A stretch of DNA of 64,000 nt, taken from the IMG/VR virus record IMGVR_UViG_3300009082_000959. The stretch is one strand, 5' to 3'. Below the pieces are notes generated by a model. The model was given only the letters and a program-made list of their open reading frames with translations. It did not search any database and was not told the origin of the DNA. Source of the DNA: a virus (lineage: Duplodnaviria; Caudoviricetes). The stretch's first letter is position 1. Each line of letters begins with the position of its first letter. The translations under genes and the position numbers were made by a program. Shown here piece after piece: positions 18,393 through 28,399 of the stretch.

Positions 18393-19082
18393 ATGGCATT
18401 ATTTATTTTTCAATCAGGTCTTACACCCCTTGGTGATTTTGACTGCCTAGACACCGATCAAGCTAGTATTCTTGGTGGAGAGGTAATGTGTTTGGATGAG
18501 GCAGCTGCGGCCAATTCAGCAACTGAAAAGGCTGCTTACGATGTTTTCGATGGTTATATCGCTAATGCAGTAAGCGAAAATTCACCAACAAGAACCAGAA
18601 CCATTGCGCGTATTGCCGATGAAAGCACTGAGACCTATAATCTCTTTTATCTCTCAGATGAAGGCACTACGAGTTACGGCGTTATGTTTGGGTCAGTGAT
18701 TGGCGCTCCTGTTGGCCAATCAACTACCGGGACCAATCTTGGGCCACACACTCAGTCTGGGTCTGGCAAGGTTACTCTTTGGGGTATGGCCGGCATGTAT
18801 GGCGTGTCTTTGACCGCTTTGGCTACCGATGTAGTTCCAACCACAACTGGAGCTGGTTCAGCAGCTGTCAATCTTTATGACACTCCACTTCCCGGTGACT
18901 TGCTCTATCGTTCTACTGCTGGTCGTTTGACTCGTGCAACTGGAACATCGGACAAGATTGCCTTGTTCGTAGAGCTTACCAACAATGGTTCCTTGGTCAC
19001 TACTCCAGCTAAGTTGGTTGGTGCCGCTGAAACATTTGACCGCATCAAGATCCAGTATCTTGGCGCGACTCATAATGCGTAA
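18393..19082 (+). CDS. Capsid decoration / minor capsid protein
   Basis: GGAGG RBS, codon style like the MCP, position upstream of the MCP; GKVTLW...G.YG and PGDLLY....GRLT. Confidence 0.6.
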   Translation: MALFIFQSGLTPLGDFDCLDTDQASILGGEVMCLDEAAAANSATEKAAYDVFDGYIANAVSENSPTRTRTIARIADESTETYNLFYLSDEGTTSYGVMFGSVIGAPVGQSTTGTNLGPHTQSGSGKVTLWGMAGMYGVSLTALATDVVPTTTGAGSAAVNLYDTPLPGDLLYRSTAGRLTRATGTSDKIALFVELTNNGSLVTTPAKLVGAAETFDRIKIQYLGATHNA

Positions 19083-19094
19083 TTAGTTGATTAG

Positions 19095-19129
19095 TCTACT
19101 GGGTTTGGTCCGAACCCGAACCCAGTAGA
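19095..19129 (+). terminator. Stable hairpin after the decoration gene (terminator or mRNA processing/stability element)
   Basis: TCTACTGGGTT...AACCCAGTAGA 11-bp stem followed by ATTTT. Confidence 0.55.
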
Positions 19130-19151
19130 ATTTTGGAAATGGAAAGGTAAG

Positions 19152-19904
19152 ATGATAGATAGAGATACATTGTATAGACTATATGATGTTGAAGAAAAAA
19201 CGACATATGAAATTGCAGACATTTTTTCGGTTGATCGCTCCTCTGTGTGTCTTTGGTTAAAGAAATATAATATTAAAACAAGAATTGCCAAAAGAGATGA
19301 AGCAGTATTGGATAGAAAACTTACAGAAATACAAAAAAATTTTTTAATTGGCTCAATTCTTGGTGACGGACATATTACAGACAACAGAAAAACACCAGTA
19401 TATACAACAAGCCATAGTGACAAACAAAAAGAATATATCTACTGGAATTGGAAAATTTTTGGTGATTTGGGAAATGAACCTAAACTATTTAAAACCATAA
19501 ACAAAACAAATAATAAGACGTATTCATTTTATAATTTTAGAACAAAGTGTATCCCAGAGTTAAAAATATTTAGAGAAATATTTTACACAGAAAGCAGAAC
19601 AAAGATTATTCCAGAAAATATTAAAGATATTATTGTTAGTCCGTTTTCTTTTGCTGTGTGGTTAATGGAAGATGGTTCTTTTGCGAGAAGAGGAAAGCAA
19701 ACAATTTTATGCACTGATTGTTTTACATATCGAGAGCACGAAATACTTAAAGATGCTATTGAATGTAATTTTAAACTTAAAGCAAATATAATAAAATACA
19801 ACGATAGACATTTTAGGTTAAGATTTGGCGCAAGTGAAGCGCAAAAGATAAAAGAATTACTGGAAGAACACATAATAGAAAGTATGAAGTATAAAATTTT
19901 TTAG
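19152..19904 (+). CDS. Free-standing LAGLIDADG homing endonuclease
   Basis: FLIGSILGDGHI and FAVWLMEDGS motifs (LAGLIDADG_2 type); N-terminal HTH. Confidence 0.9.
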   Translation: MIDRDTLYRLYDVEEKTTYEIADIFSVDRSSVCLWLKKYNIKTRIAKRDEAVLDRKLTEIQKNFLIGSILGDGHITDNRKTPVYTTSHSDKQKEYIYWNWKIFGDLGNEPKLFKTINKTNNKTYSFYNFRTKCIPELKIFREIFYTESRTKIIPENIKDIIVSPFSFAVWLMEDGSFARRGKQTILCTDCFTYREHEILKDAIECNFKLKANIIKYNDRHFRLRFGASEAQKIKELLEEHIIESMKYKIF

Positions 19905-19914
19905 TCGTGAGCCT

Positions 19915-19970
19915 GTCGGTAACAACCGACTTAAAATTTTAAAATAACTCGGCCGGTTTTCCGCTCGGGT
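19915..19970 (+). promoter_or_regulatory. Two hairpins in the leader of the major capsid gene
   Basis: GTCGGT-aaca-ACCGAC (19915-30) and ACTCGGcCGG-tttt-CCGcTCGGGT (19947-70), just before the AGGAG RBS. Confidence 0.4.
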
Positions 19971-19989
19971 AAAACATAGGAGTTTCTAT

Positions 19990-21015
19990 ATGAGTCTTTT
20001 TAATACCCAAGGTGAGCTAAATGCGCTTAACGATCGTGACGCACTTAGCCAAATCGTAAAATATGCTTCGATTATCCAAAATAATCAATCAGCAAGTCAG
20101 GGTCTTGCCGGCCGTCCATCTTTTACTGAAGAGCAAAAAGATGAGCTGCTTCGCAAGGCTTTGATGTCAACTGAAGGTAAGGTTGCTCTAGGTCAGGCTA
20201 TGGCTAACCCAATCCGCCGAAACTTAGATTATCAGGGTGTAGGCCGTCGGGTTCTTGTTGTAGACCCACTACCACAAGGTGCTTTGCCTGTTTACGACCG
20301 TGATATCGATGTTTCAGCCGTAGTGATTTCAAGCAACGGTTCAGCTCCAGAATCTCGCGTGTTCTCAGATCGCGTGACCATTCCTGAGTTTGAAGTTGTT
20401 TCTAATCCAACCGTTCGTATTGCTGAAGTAAAGCGACGTCGGTTTAACGTCATTGATCGTGCGCAGCAAAAAGCTCGCCAAGAAATTCAGGCCCAAGAAG
20501 ATGCTAACATTTTCGCGGCTCTAGATTTCGCTGGTGACCTAAGTCTTGGTGGCGAAAACACCGCACAGGACATCGCTGACGCTGGTCTACTTAAGCGTGA
20601 CCTCTCAGAAGTCAAAGTTCAGGTTGATCGTTGGGACCTAGTGACCTCAAAGTTCCTCATGAATATCGTTGAGTTTAACGACATTCTAAACTGGGGCTCA
20701 GGTGGTGGTCAGGCTGCCGGTTCTGGTGGTGAGTTGGACATGGTAAGCCAACGCGAAATTCTCCAGACTGGTCTTTTCGCTCACATTTGGGGCGCTGACA
20801 TTATCGTAAGCAAGGTAGTTCCAGCGGGCACAGTGTTCGGTGTTGCGGATCCAGAGTTTGTTGGTGTGATGCCTATCAGGCAAGATATAGAGGTGCTCCC
20901 CGCAGACGAGCCGAAGCAGCTTAAGTTGGGCTGGGTGGTGAATGAGATCATTGGTATCGGAATTGTGAACCCAAGAGGTGTAAGCGTTGGTCGTAAGAGC
21001 GTGACTGCCGGCTAA
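19990..21015 (+). CDS. Major capsid protein (HK97 fold)
   Basis: 341 aa; LGQAMANPIRRNLDYQGVGRRVLVVDPLPQGALPVYDRD, PEFEVVSNP.VRI.E, IDRAQQKARQEIQAQED, G.IWGADIIVS..VP.GTVF; strong RBS and a terminator downstream. Confidence 0.88.
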   Translation: MSLFNTQGELNALNDRDALSQIVKYASIIQNNQSASQGLAGRPSFTEEQKDELLRKALMSTEGKVALGQAMANPIRRNLDYQGVGRRVLVVDPLPQGALPVYDRDIDVSAVVISSNGSAPESRVFSDRVTIPEFEVVSNPTVRIAEVKRRRFNVIDRAQQKARQEIQAQEDANIFAALDFAGDLSLGGENTAQDIADAGLLKRDLSEVKVQVDRWDLVTSKFLMNIVEFNDILNWGSGGGQAAGSGGELDMVSQREILQTGLFAHIWGADIIVSKVVPAGTVFGVADPEFVGVMPIRQDIEVLPADEPKQLKLGWVVNEIIGIGIVNPRGVSVGRKSVTAG

Positions 21016-21049
21016 TTGCCTGATTTAGATAGTAAAATAGAATAGCATT

Positions 21050-21082
21050 AAGGCGACCCACTGGGTCGCCTTTTTGTTTTTT
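21050..21082 (+). terminator. Rho-independent terminator after the MCP
   Basis: AAGGCGACCC-act-GGGTCGCCTT followed by TTTGTTTTTT. Confidence 0.92.
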
Positions 21083-21244
21083 GTGTTTCGTGACGTCTGA
21101 TTCGCTCATTTTTTTGGTTCATCTGCTGGCAGACCTTGTTTAAAATAATTTAAAATTTTTCAACAATGTGCTTTAAATTTTTATTGGCTTGGCGTATTAC
21201 TATAGACAGCAGGGAATCTTTTCCCACCTAACAATGGAGACATT

Positions 21245-22777
21245 ATGAAAAAGTTTACGGACACAGAGATTTTAAATGAAATGAAAAAAATATTTGAAGA
21301 ACATGGATCTATACCTTCCATAAAAGAGTGGAGGAAACTAGGACGCATTTCGGCAGATGCAATTCTACGAGCATTCGGAACTTGGACAAAAGCGTGGCAA
21401 GCGGCAGGGTTGCTAAGCAGTGAGGGTCCTGTATATCAGATTAAAGAAAAAATGATTATTGAAATACAAAAAGCATTCATTGAATACAAAAAGGCCGGAG
21501 AAGCGTTTGGCGTTCAAGAATTAGTAAGAGCGTCTGGTCATTCTCGCCCAACCGTAGTAAAATATTTTGGGTCAGTATCAAATTTATTGAGTGCCGCCAA
21601 AATAGATATAAACAAGCAAATCACCAAAGATGACCTTATTAATGATTTTTTGGCAACCCACAAGAAACTAAGCAGAATACCTACAGCAAAAGATATAGAA
21701 AATAATTGCGAACACGCAAAATCAACTTTTCTTAGAGTATTTGGTTCTCTTGATGCGGTTATCTCTGCTGCTGGCCTTGAAAAACCAGAGGTAAAAGATG
21801 GTTTATCTGATGATGAATTATTGGAAGATCTTAAACGACTTCATGCAGAATTATCTCATACGCCAACCAATGAAGACATAATGATTCACGGAAAATTTAG
21901 TCCAAATGCTTATTCGAGAAACTTTGGTTCTTTCTCTAATGCTTTGGCTAAAATTGGTCTCTCTGCCGCCACACAAACAAAAAGTAATCAGGTTTGCCGT
22001 GTATGTGGGATTAACACAGTCTCAATGATATCACATGTGTCAAAAGATCATCCCGAAGAATTTAAAAAGCAAGAGCAGTCTGTAGTAGAATTATATCGTT
22101 CTGGACTAAGCTCAAAAAAGATTTGTGCTCGCGATGATCATATATTTATTAGTTCAACCAGCGTTGCCCGTATTATTAAAAAATACACTACGGCAGAAGA
22201 ACGAGAATTGCTTAGAAAACAGAAAATTGAAACTACTTTAAAAAAGGATTACGCCGATGGCAAATATAATTGGGTAAACGAATTAAATTCTAATCGAAAT
22301 ATATCCTCTGAGGCGCGACAAAAGAATTCCGACGGACTTAAAGAGGCTTATTTGAGTGGTGATCGCGAACCATGGAATAAAGGCGCCACCAAAGAAACGG
22401 ACCCGAGATTGGCTCTGGCTGCCATTAATACAAGTATATCTATGAAAACTCTATTTAAAGCAGGAGAGATAGACAAGAAAATAGGACCAGAAAGCAGTAG
22501 ATGGATCGAAGACCGTGGAAAGGTTGCAAAGAGATATAGGTTGGGCCTTAGTTTTAATTATGAAGAACGCTCTAATATTAAGAAAAGAGCCAACTATTGC
22601 TGTCAGCACTGCGGAATTTCACAAGAACAATTGGAAGAAAGCAACCAGACTTTGGAATGCGACCACATTATAGCTATTACAGATGGCGGGCTTAGAGATT
22701 GGGAAACCAATGGCCAAGCCCTTTGTCCAATTTGTCATTTAAAGAAAACCGCCAGTGATGCAGAAAGGTCAAAATGA
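21245..22777 (+). CDS. HNH endonuclease with N-terminal homing-endonuclease-associated repeats
   Basis: 3-4 repeats of the type xxP(S/T)...FG(S/T)...A...AGL; PWNKG; C-terminal CQHCG...CDHII...NGQALCPICH. Confidence 0.85.
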   Translation: MKKFTDTEILNEMKKIFEEHGSIPSIKEWRKLGRISADAILRAFGTWTKAWQAAGLLSSEGPVYQIKEKMIIEIQKAFIEYKKAGEAFGVQELVRASGHSRPTVVKYFGSVSNLLSAAKIDINKQITKDDLINDFLATHKKLSRIPTAKDIENNCEHAKSTFLRVFGSLDAVISAAGLEKPEVKDGLSDDELLEDLKRLHAELSHTPTNEDIMIHGKFSPNAYSRNFGSFSNALAKIGLSAATQTKSNQVCRVCGINTVSMISHVSKDHPEEFKKQEQSVVELYRSGLSSKKICARDDHIFISSTSVARIIKKYTTAEERELLRKQKIETTLKKDYADGKYNWVNELNSNRNISSEARQKNSDGLKEAYLSGDREPWNKGATKETDPRLALAAINTSISMKTLFKAGEIDKKIGPESSRWIEDRGKVAKRYRLGLSFNYEERSNIKKRANYCCQHCGISQEQLEESNQTLECDHIIAITDGGLRDWETNGQALCPICHLKKTASDAERSK

Positions 22778-23406
22778 AATGTAAAAATTGTAAGAACGAA
22801 GCCACTATCGATAGGTCATTGTGCCAATCGTGTTTGGATAAAGCTCGTCTTAAGTCAGAAAAACGTAGACAGGTTTTGTTGTCTGTTGGTAAATGCATTA
22901 GTTGCGGCAAAAACAATCACTTAGAACAAAAGGAATTATGTCAAGTTTGTTTGGATAAAAAAACAATTTCATCAAAAAACAGAAAAGAAAGATATAAAAG
23001 TGAAAATAAGTGTGCAAAATGTTCTAGAACAAAATCTAATGTTGTGTTGTGGAGTAACGCTTGCTGTGCTGGATGCCATTTAAAATATAAATTTGGATTC
23101 AGCGGCACCAAAGAAGAGGCAGAAAAAATAATAAACGACTTATTGATAAAACAGAACTTTTGTTGCGCTCTTACTGGCAGGGATTTAAAAATAAACAAAT
23201 TTCATATCGATCATATAGTTTCACGCTCTACTGATCCATTAAGAATATCGGATCCAACCAATTGGCAGTTGATAGTTGAAGACGCCAATATGTTTAAAGA
23301 GACAGCATCACAAGAAACAATCATTGCTCTTGCTCGCGATATCGTTGTAAAAGCACTGCACGATGGTGTATTATGTATCGATGACATACAGAAAGGACCA
23401 AAATGA
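22774..23406 (+). CDS. Cys-rich HNH-like endonuclease
   Basis: Several CxxC pairs; CALTG...HIDHIVSRS...NWQLI...NMFK. Confidence 0.7.
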   Translation: MKCKNCKNEATIDRSLCQSCLDKARLKSEKRRQVLLSVGKCISCGKNNHLEQKELCQVCLDKKTISSKNRKERYKSENKCAKCSRTKSNVVLWSNACCAGCHLKYKFGFSGTKEEAEKIINDLLIKQNFCCALTGRDLKINKFHIDHIVSRSTDPLRISDPTNWQLIVEDANMFKETASQETIIALARDIVVKALHDGVLCIDDIQKGPK

Positions 23407-24521
23407 ACACTACACCTTACGACGCCACTAATTCAACTAATCCGTGGCTGATGAATAAAAAATCCACACCAATAATTGGGCCAGAGAACCTACCATTAAC
23501 AGCCGAAAATATATGGAGCAAACAGGGCCAGGACCGCATAGATTTAGTTGATTGGATTTTTAATTATTATCGGACCAAAGGTTTTCCGTATTTTAAGCTA
23601 ACCGACCAAGAATTATTTGACGAATTTCAAAATCTTAAATCAAAAGACCCTAATATTATATTTGACGGACAAATTATAAAAAACTCAAATACCGCTGGCC
23701 TTAATATCGCTAAACATTTTACCAGCGAATTATTTTACGCATCCAGAGAAAAAACAGGGAAATCGTGTATAGATGTTTTCAATGATGATGAATTATTTAA
23801 GAAAGTTCTTCAAAATCGAATGGGTTTTTGTACGAGCAAAGAAGATGGAACAGAGCGACCTTATATTTTTGCCATTGATGATGATATGATTTTGCAAGGA
23901 TTTAGATCATCCAAAATTGGGGGTGCGAGCAGTATCAGTCACTTCAAGCCTATGATTGCAAAATATATTTATGCAAAATATAATACAAAGAAAACATTAG
24001 ATTTTTCATGTGGTTGGTCGGCTCGTTGTGTGGCAGCTTTGTCGCTTGGAATAGAGTATTATGGCATTGACCCACTTACCGCAGAAAAAATAAATGAAAC
24101 TATAAAGTATTTTGGTGGAACTGGGAAATGCATAAAGGACTGTTCTGAAAGCGCTGACTATAGTGTTTTTCCGCAAGTTGATTTGTGTTTTAGTTGTTGT
24201 CCATATTTCAACATAGAAATATACAGCAACGATACAACGCAAAGCAGTAATTATGGCGACTATCAGGACTGGTTGGATAAGTATTGGAAAGCAACGGTTT
24301 TAAATTGCTACCAAAAAACTAATTATTTCGGTTTCGTTGCCATGGAAAATGTTAGAAAATTTAGTTTTTTGGCCGACCTAATGAAAATTTGTTCTGATTG
24401 TGGCGGTGTTTTGGTGGAAGATACTTTGATTTCTGCCGCACGAAGTCATTTAAGCGGTAAAAAGAAAAGTGGTCAAGTTAATAAAAAGACAGAGCATTTA
24501 GTGGTTTATAAGGTAAGGTAA
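23403..24521 (+). CDS. SAM-dependent DNA methyltransferase-like protein with divergent motifs
   Basis: TLDFSCGWSAR (motif I-like), YYGIDP, FSCCPYF (motif IV-like; normally SPPY). Confidence 0.7.
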   Translation: MNTTPYDATNSTNPWLMNKKSTPIIGPENLPLTAENIWSKQGQDRIDLVDWIFNYYRTKGFPYFKLTDQELFDEFQNLKSKDPNIIFDGQIIKNSNTAGLNIAKHFTSELFYASREKTGKSCIDVFNDDELFKKVLQNRMGFCTSKEDGTERPYIFAIDDDMILQGFRSSKIGGASSISHFKPMIAKYIYAKYNTKKTLDFSCGWSARCVAALSLGIEYYGIDPLTAEKINETIKYFGGTGKCIKDCSESADYSVFPQVDLCFSCCPYFNIEIYSNDTTQSSNYGDYQDWLDKYWKATVLNCYQKTNYFGFVAMENVRKFSFLADLMKICSDCGGVLVEDTLISAARSHLSGKKKSGQVNKKTEHLVVYKVR

Positions 24522-24524
24522 TAA

Positions 24525-25247
24525 ATGTTTGAATATAATTCAAAGTATTGTATTTTAGGCATGATGTCAGCAAAAACTGTTCCTTCACCAGACTGGAAGT
24601 GGTTTAAGAAAAATAGAACCACTGCGGTTTGTTTTGATGCCAACTTTAAACCAGATTTTCCAAAAGTATCTTATTCTTATATTTACAACAAACCACCAAA
24701 ACCGATCAAATCATATAAAAGCACACAATTAACCTCCAAATTGGATGCTGGTTTTTTTGATTTGTCTGGTAAAAAATATCAAGAGATACGAGAAACACGA
24801 AACCATTTTGATAGAATTATCACAACCAGGGATTACAACAAACAAGATGTTCTCGATTTAATAGATTTTTGGGACACACATACAGGGAAACCCAAGTATA
24901 AATGGCAGTTACACTCAGGCTATGATCGTAATTTTTTTAATATTTGGTATGATCAAGAAAAGGATAATTTATTTTCCAGATTTTATTATATTGAAGACCG
25001 TATGGTGGGATATTCTATTCTTCATAAAGGCGTAGATTGCTGGGAATACTTGCTGCGTAAGGCAGACAATACATTAAGAAACACTTGTTTGTATATTGAT
25101 TATAAAACATTCGAGTCTATTTATCAGCAAGAACAACGGGATTTCTTTGTTTGTTGGGGGTCCAGTAAAGGTAGTTTATTGATTTATAAAAGAAAGTTTG
25201 GTAGTTACGACGAAAGACCAACATATTTTTATAAGATTGGTGGATAA
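24525..25247 (+). CDS. GNAT-fold DUF2156/FemAB-like protein
   Basis: DLSGKKYQEIRETRNHF, MVGYSI, RKAD and WG...GSLLIYKRKF follow the DUF2156 motif pattern. Confidence 0.55.
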   Translation: MFEYNSKYCILGMMSAKTVPSPDWKWFKKNRTTAVCFDANFKPDFPKVSYSYIYNKPPKPIKSYKSTQLTSKLDAGFFDLSGKKYQEIRETRNHFDRIITTRDYNKQDVLDLIDFWDTHTGKPKYKWQLHSGYDRNFFNIWYDQEKDNLFSRFYYIEDRMVGYSILHKGVDCWEYLLRKADNTLRNTCLYIDYKTFESIYQQEQRDFFVCWGSSKGSLLIYKRKFGSYDERPTYFYKIGG

Positions 25248-25248
25248 A

Positions 25249-25581
25249 ATGGGTTTTGTTCCAATCACGCAGGGTAGAAAAACAAAGAGAGCAAAGAAAC
25301 TGGATAGAGCGAGTCGTAGGTCTTGTTTGAAGGGAAAAAATAAACTAGCGAGTGCTGGTTTAGGTGATTTTTATTTTTCGCCTGGCATTTGCTGTTATGT
25401 GGCTACCAAACAAACGAACGAATGCATATTTTATATTAAAGAGGAGCGCGCAATAAACACTTTATTGAAAAGTGATTGTAAAATATACTACGAAGATGAA
25501 AAAACATGGTTTTATAACATAGAAGAATTTAGAAAATATTTATTGATATTAAAACTATCTTGTTTGGAGAAAAATGAATGA
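25249..25581 (+). CDS. Hypothetical protein
   Basis: Start moved to ATG 25249; C-terminal IYxD...E...LLxxKL shared with the next gene. Confidence 0.65.
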   Translation: MGFVPITQGRKTKRAKKLDRASRRSCLKGKNKLASAGLGDFYFSPGICCYVATKQTNECIFYIKEERAINTLLKSDCKIYYEDEKTWFYNIEEFRKYLLILKLSCLEKNE

Positions 25582-25849
25582 TACTATTGGCCTCAAGGCT
25601 GCCTTTGGTTTAGAGAACCTTTGTTTTTATGAAAAGGGAAGTAAAAAGCGCGGCAAATACCATTGCTTATACATTTCTGATCCAGACTCCAAACACGACA
25701 CCATACCAACAGAAGAATTGGAGTTTTTGCTGCAATCATTGTCAAGGCAACAGGGAGTAATTTATTTCGATGATTACCAAAAAACCTGCACTGGACTAGA
25801 TGAATTAAAAACACTGTTGCTAACAATTAAATTAGCTGGTCTCTACTGA
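25574..25849 (+). CDS. Hypothetical protein (C-terminus resembles that of the upstream gene)
   Basis: GGAGA RBS; IYFDD...LDELKTLLLTIKLAGL. Confidence 0.65.
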   Translation: MNDTIGLKAAFGLENLCFYEKGSKKRGKYHCLYISDPDSKHDTIPTEELEFLLQSLSRQQGVIYFDDYQKTCTGLDELKTLLLTIKLAGLY

Positions 25850-25907
25850 TATTTCAAAAGTTGCAACTCCTTTTCGACAAACCGAATTTATTCAGACCAT
25901 ATTTAAA

Positions 25908-25921
25908 AATATACTAATATT
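25908..25921 (+). promoter_or_regulatory. Variant promoter motif AATATACTAATATT
   Basis: Matches the TA-nn-AATATT consensus; 40 nt before the start at 25961. Confidence 0.4.
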
Positions 25922-25960
25922 TTTTGATAATGTGTATATTTTGACCAATGGTGGATCATT

Positions 25961-26254
25961 ATGACCAGAAATAGAGATAATAATTTTTTTGAAGAATTAC
26001 ATGTATCATCAACTAATTTTGTTGTTTCAGTAAGTTGGAATTTTGTTTCTGTTGGAATTGCTCTTATGATAGAGAGTAATGATGCTAATGATATAATCCA
26101 TTATTCATTTGATGGTTCTACTGTTCATGGCTCTATGCATGCCACTTTCCCATCCGAAGCCATTATATTTGATAACAGAAGCCAGTGTCAAGTCTGGTTT
26201 AAGCGGGCGTCTGGAAGCACGCCGGTTTTGGTGCGAGTTGAGGCTTGGCGGTAA
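25961..26254 (+). CDS. Small beta-rich virion structural protein
   Basis: First gene of the fibre cluster; beta-strand pattern. Confidence 0.65.
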   Translation: MTRNRDNNFFEELHVSSTNFVVSVSWNFVSVGIALMIESNDANDIIHYSFDGSTVHGSMHATFPSEAIIFDNRSQCQVWFKRASGSTPVLVRVEAWR

Positions 26255-27009
26255 TGAGTCATTTCTTTGGACGAAACATCTACAAACCGGCTTTAGCGGA
26301 TTTAACAGATGTATCTGATACAGATACTCCAGCCTCTAATGATGTTCTTATTTTTAATGGAACAGAATGGGTTTTTGCTCCATACAATACTACATTTTCA
26401 TTTTCAATTGCATCATTTACCGACTCACAATCTTCAACAATTTTGATTGGAACTGGTGTTTGGAAAGCTATTGGAGCATTATCCTATACCGCTTCCTACT
26501 CTAATGGACCAGCTACTGGGGGGTACGTCTCTCACAATGGATGGACTGGAAACCTAACTTTAACCAGTACTTTCCAGGGCCCTACGGTGTCCACAGAGAA
26601 TACTAGTTACCCAGCATCTCCTGGGTCTCTTTCTTTTGTATTACATGCAGCCAAGGGAGCCGAAACTGCTACCTCCACTATCACCAGAAACTTTTACAAT
26701 TATCGTTTTTGGGGAGTAACAACAACTGCTGGTGGATATACCGAAGCAGATATTGAAGCATTTAATAGCAGCGAACTTTCCAACTTGCGGACCAAAACTT
26801 TTACTGTTGTTCCAGCTGCTGGTGAGTACATTGTCTACGCTTACCCCAGTAGATTGGGAACTGCTACGTTTTTTGTGGGAGGATTCGAAGGGGGATTTGT
26901 TGGGCCCGAAACGGTTTCTGTAACAAATTCCGCGGGCTATGTTGAAAATTACTACGCCTATTATTCAACTAATTCTGGTCTTGGAAGTACAACAGTGAGT
27001 GTAACCTAA
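26254..27009 (+). CDS. S/T-rich virion fibre/structural protein
   Basis: TAATG coupling gives ATG 26254; LADLTDV...NDVLIFNGTEWV fibre N-terminal motif. Confidence 0.7.
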   Translation: MSHFFGRNIYKPALADLTDVSDTDTPASNDVLIFNGTEWVFAPYNTTFSFSIASFTDSQSSTILIGTGVWKAIGALSYTASYSNGPATGGYVSHNGWTGNLTLTSTFQGPTVSTENTSYPASPGSLSFVLHAAKGAETATSTITRNFYNYRFWGVTTTAGGYTEADIEAFNSSELSNLRTKTFTVVPAAGEYIVYAYPSRLGTATFFVGGFEGGFVGPETVSVTNSAGYVENYYAYYSTNSGLGSTTVSVT

Positions 27010-28397
27010 TGGCTATTAATTTAATTGATAAAATTGTTGCGAAAAATAACGCTTTTACTGGGCTTGTGGACGCCGAGCAAATTATTGGCGACGGGGCAAC
27101 CAATGTGCTTCCGGACGCTGTAGTTTCTGTTTCTAATGTTACACAACATGAGATTTCAATAGACCACGAAAACCTACTTAATGCCGGAATCGACATAAGA
27201 AACGAGGGGCTGGCTATTTATGTTGACCCAGCCGGTAGCGATGATGCCTCTGGAGACATTGGTCATCCAGTACAAACGATTTGGGGTGCAATTCAAAAAA
27301 TTCCTGTGCAGGGGCTCACTTATGTTTATTTAGCAGCAGGAACTTATACCCTTCCAAACTGGACTGCAGATGTTAACTACTACAAAAACACCATCATTCA
27401 GTCAGAAGGCCGAGTGGCTGTTATTGGAACAGTAACTACTCTCGAATCTTTTACCGTTCTTTCTTGTGTTAATAATATTGTAACCGCTACGCCTGATCCG
27501 GGGTGGACGATTAATGAACATCGTGGAAAATGTCTTCGTTGGGGAACCAGTAGTCATTATTGGATAATTAGCAATACTTCAGACGCGTTGACTGTTGCCA
27601 TTACAACCTCTGATATTGGCGGATCTAATGCAAAGCCAACCGGAACTGTAAATATTTGTGAGCTTTCCTCTATTATAGCCCCGGGCACAAGTAATAATTA
27701 TAGTTCCTATCTTTATGCTACTGGTCGTACTATTTTTTGGGATATACATTTTAATGGATCGGCTGGTGGTTCGGCGGGGAGAATTGGGCTTAACGGAATT
27801 GGCGGGAACGAACTTACGGTTAAAGAGTGTAAATTTTCCAATTGGTCTTGGTATGGCATAGTAGGCGCTTATTATATAGCTGTCACTAAAACCATGTTCG
27901 ACAACTGCGCAATTGGAATTGCTCCTGGTTATGGAGCAACTATCAATGGCAATAACTTTTTTTATAACAAGCTAACAGGAGTAGCTATTGAAAGCCGTTA
28001 CACAAACAGTTTAGTTACGCTCAACCATGATTGCGCAGCCTGGATGCATGACATTGGAACTTATTTGAGAATCGGCAACAATACAATGGTTGATGATTCG
28101 TCGTTTCGTGTTTGGGCAAGCGGAACATGCCAAACATATGCAAATCTTTGGGCTCTTGCTATTTATAAAAATAGTGGCCATGGTCTAATTGGAATGCCCG
28201 GAGCACTTACCTTCACCGTTCAAGTGTTTTATTTCAAAGAAGAGCATAACAAGCTTGTTCTTTATGATTCCACAACCTCCACGCTTCAACCCGACGCTAG
28301 CTATTTTAAAAGTGATACTTACACTTTGTCTTTAACAGACTATATAGCAGAAGGCTCGTCAGTTGAGTTTGATGACGGAAACACGGCAATAGGTTAA
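27009..28397 (+). CDS. Tail spike/fibre protein with a right-handed beta-helix (pectin lyase-like)
   Basis: IYVDP.GSD...G....PVQTI..AI..IP; YLAAGTY; Asn/Gly-rich parallel beta-helix repeats. Confidence 0.7.
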   Translation: MAINLIDKIVAKNNAFTGLVDAEQIIGDGATNVLPDAVVSVSNVTQHEISIDHENLLNAGIDIRNEGLAIYVDPAGSDDASGDIGHPVQTIWGAIQKIPVQGLTYVYLAAGTYTLPNWTADVNYYKNTIIQSEGRVAVIGTVTTLESFTVLSCVNNIVTATPDPGWTINEHRGKCLRWGTSSHYWIISNTSDALTVAITTSDIGGSNAKPTGTVNICELSSIIAPGTSNNYSSYLYATGRTIFWDIHFNGSAGGSAGRIGLNGIGGNELTVKECKFSNWSWYGIVGAYYIAVTKTMFDNCAIGIAPGYGATINGNNFFYNKLTGVAIESRYTNSLVTLNHDCAAWMHDIGTYLRIGNNTMVDDSSFRVWASGTCQTYANLWALAIYKNSGHGLIGMPGALTFTVQVFYFKEEHNKLVLYDSTTSTLQPDASYFKSDTYTLSLTDYIAEGSSVEFDDGNTAIG

Positions 28398-28399
28398 AC

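Noticed and set aside
19083-19990. Group I intron carrying the LAGLIDADG gene
   Set aside because: Both flanking genes appear complete and I could not identify P7 or other core intron elements; treated as free-standing
21016-21244. Possible tRNA or ncRNA in the longest intergenic gap
   Set aside because: No cloverleaf or T-loop motif; the terminator and AT-rich sequence explain it
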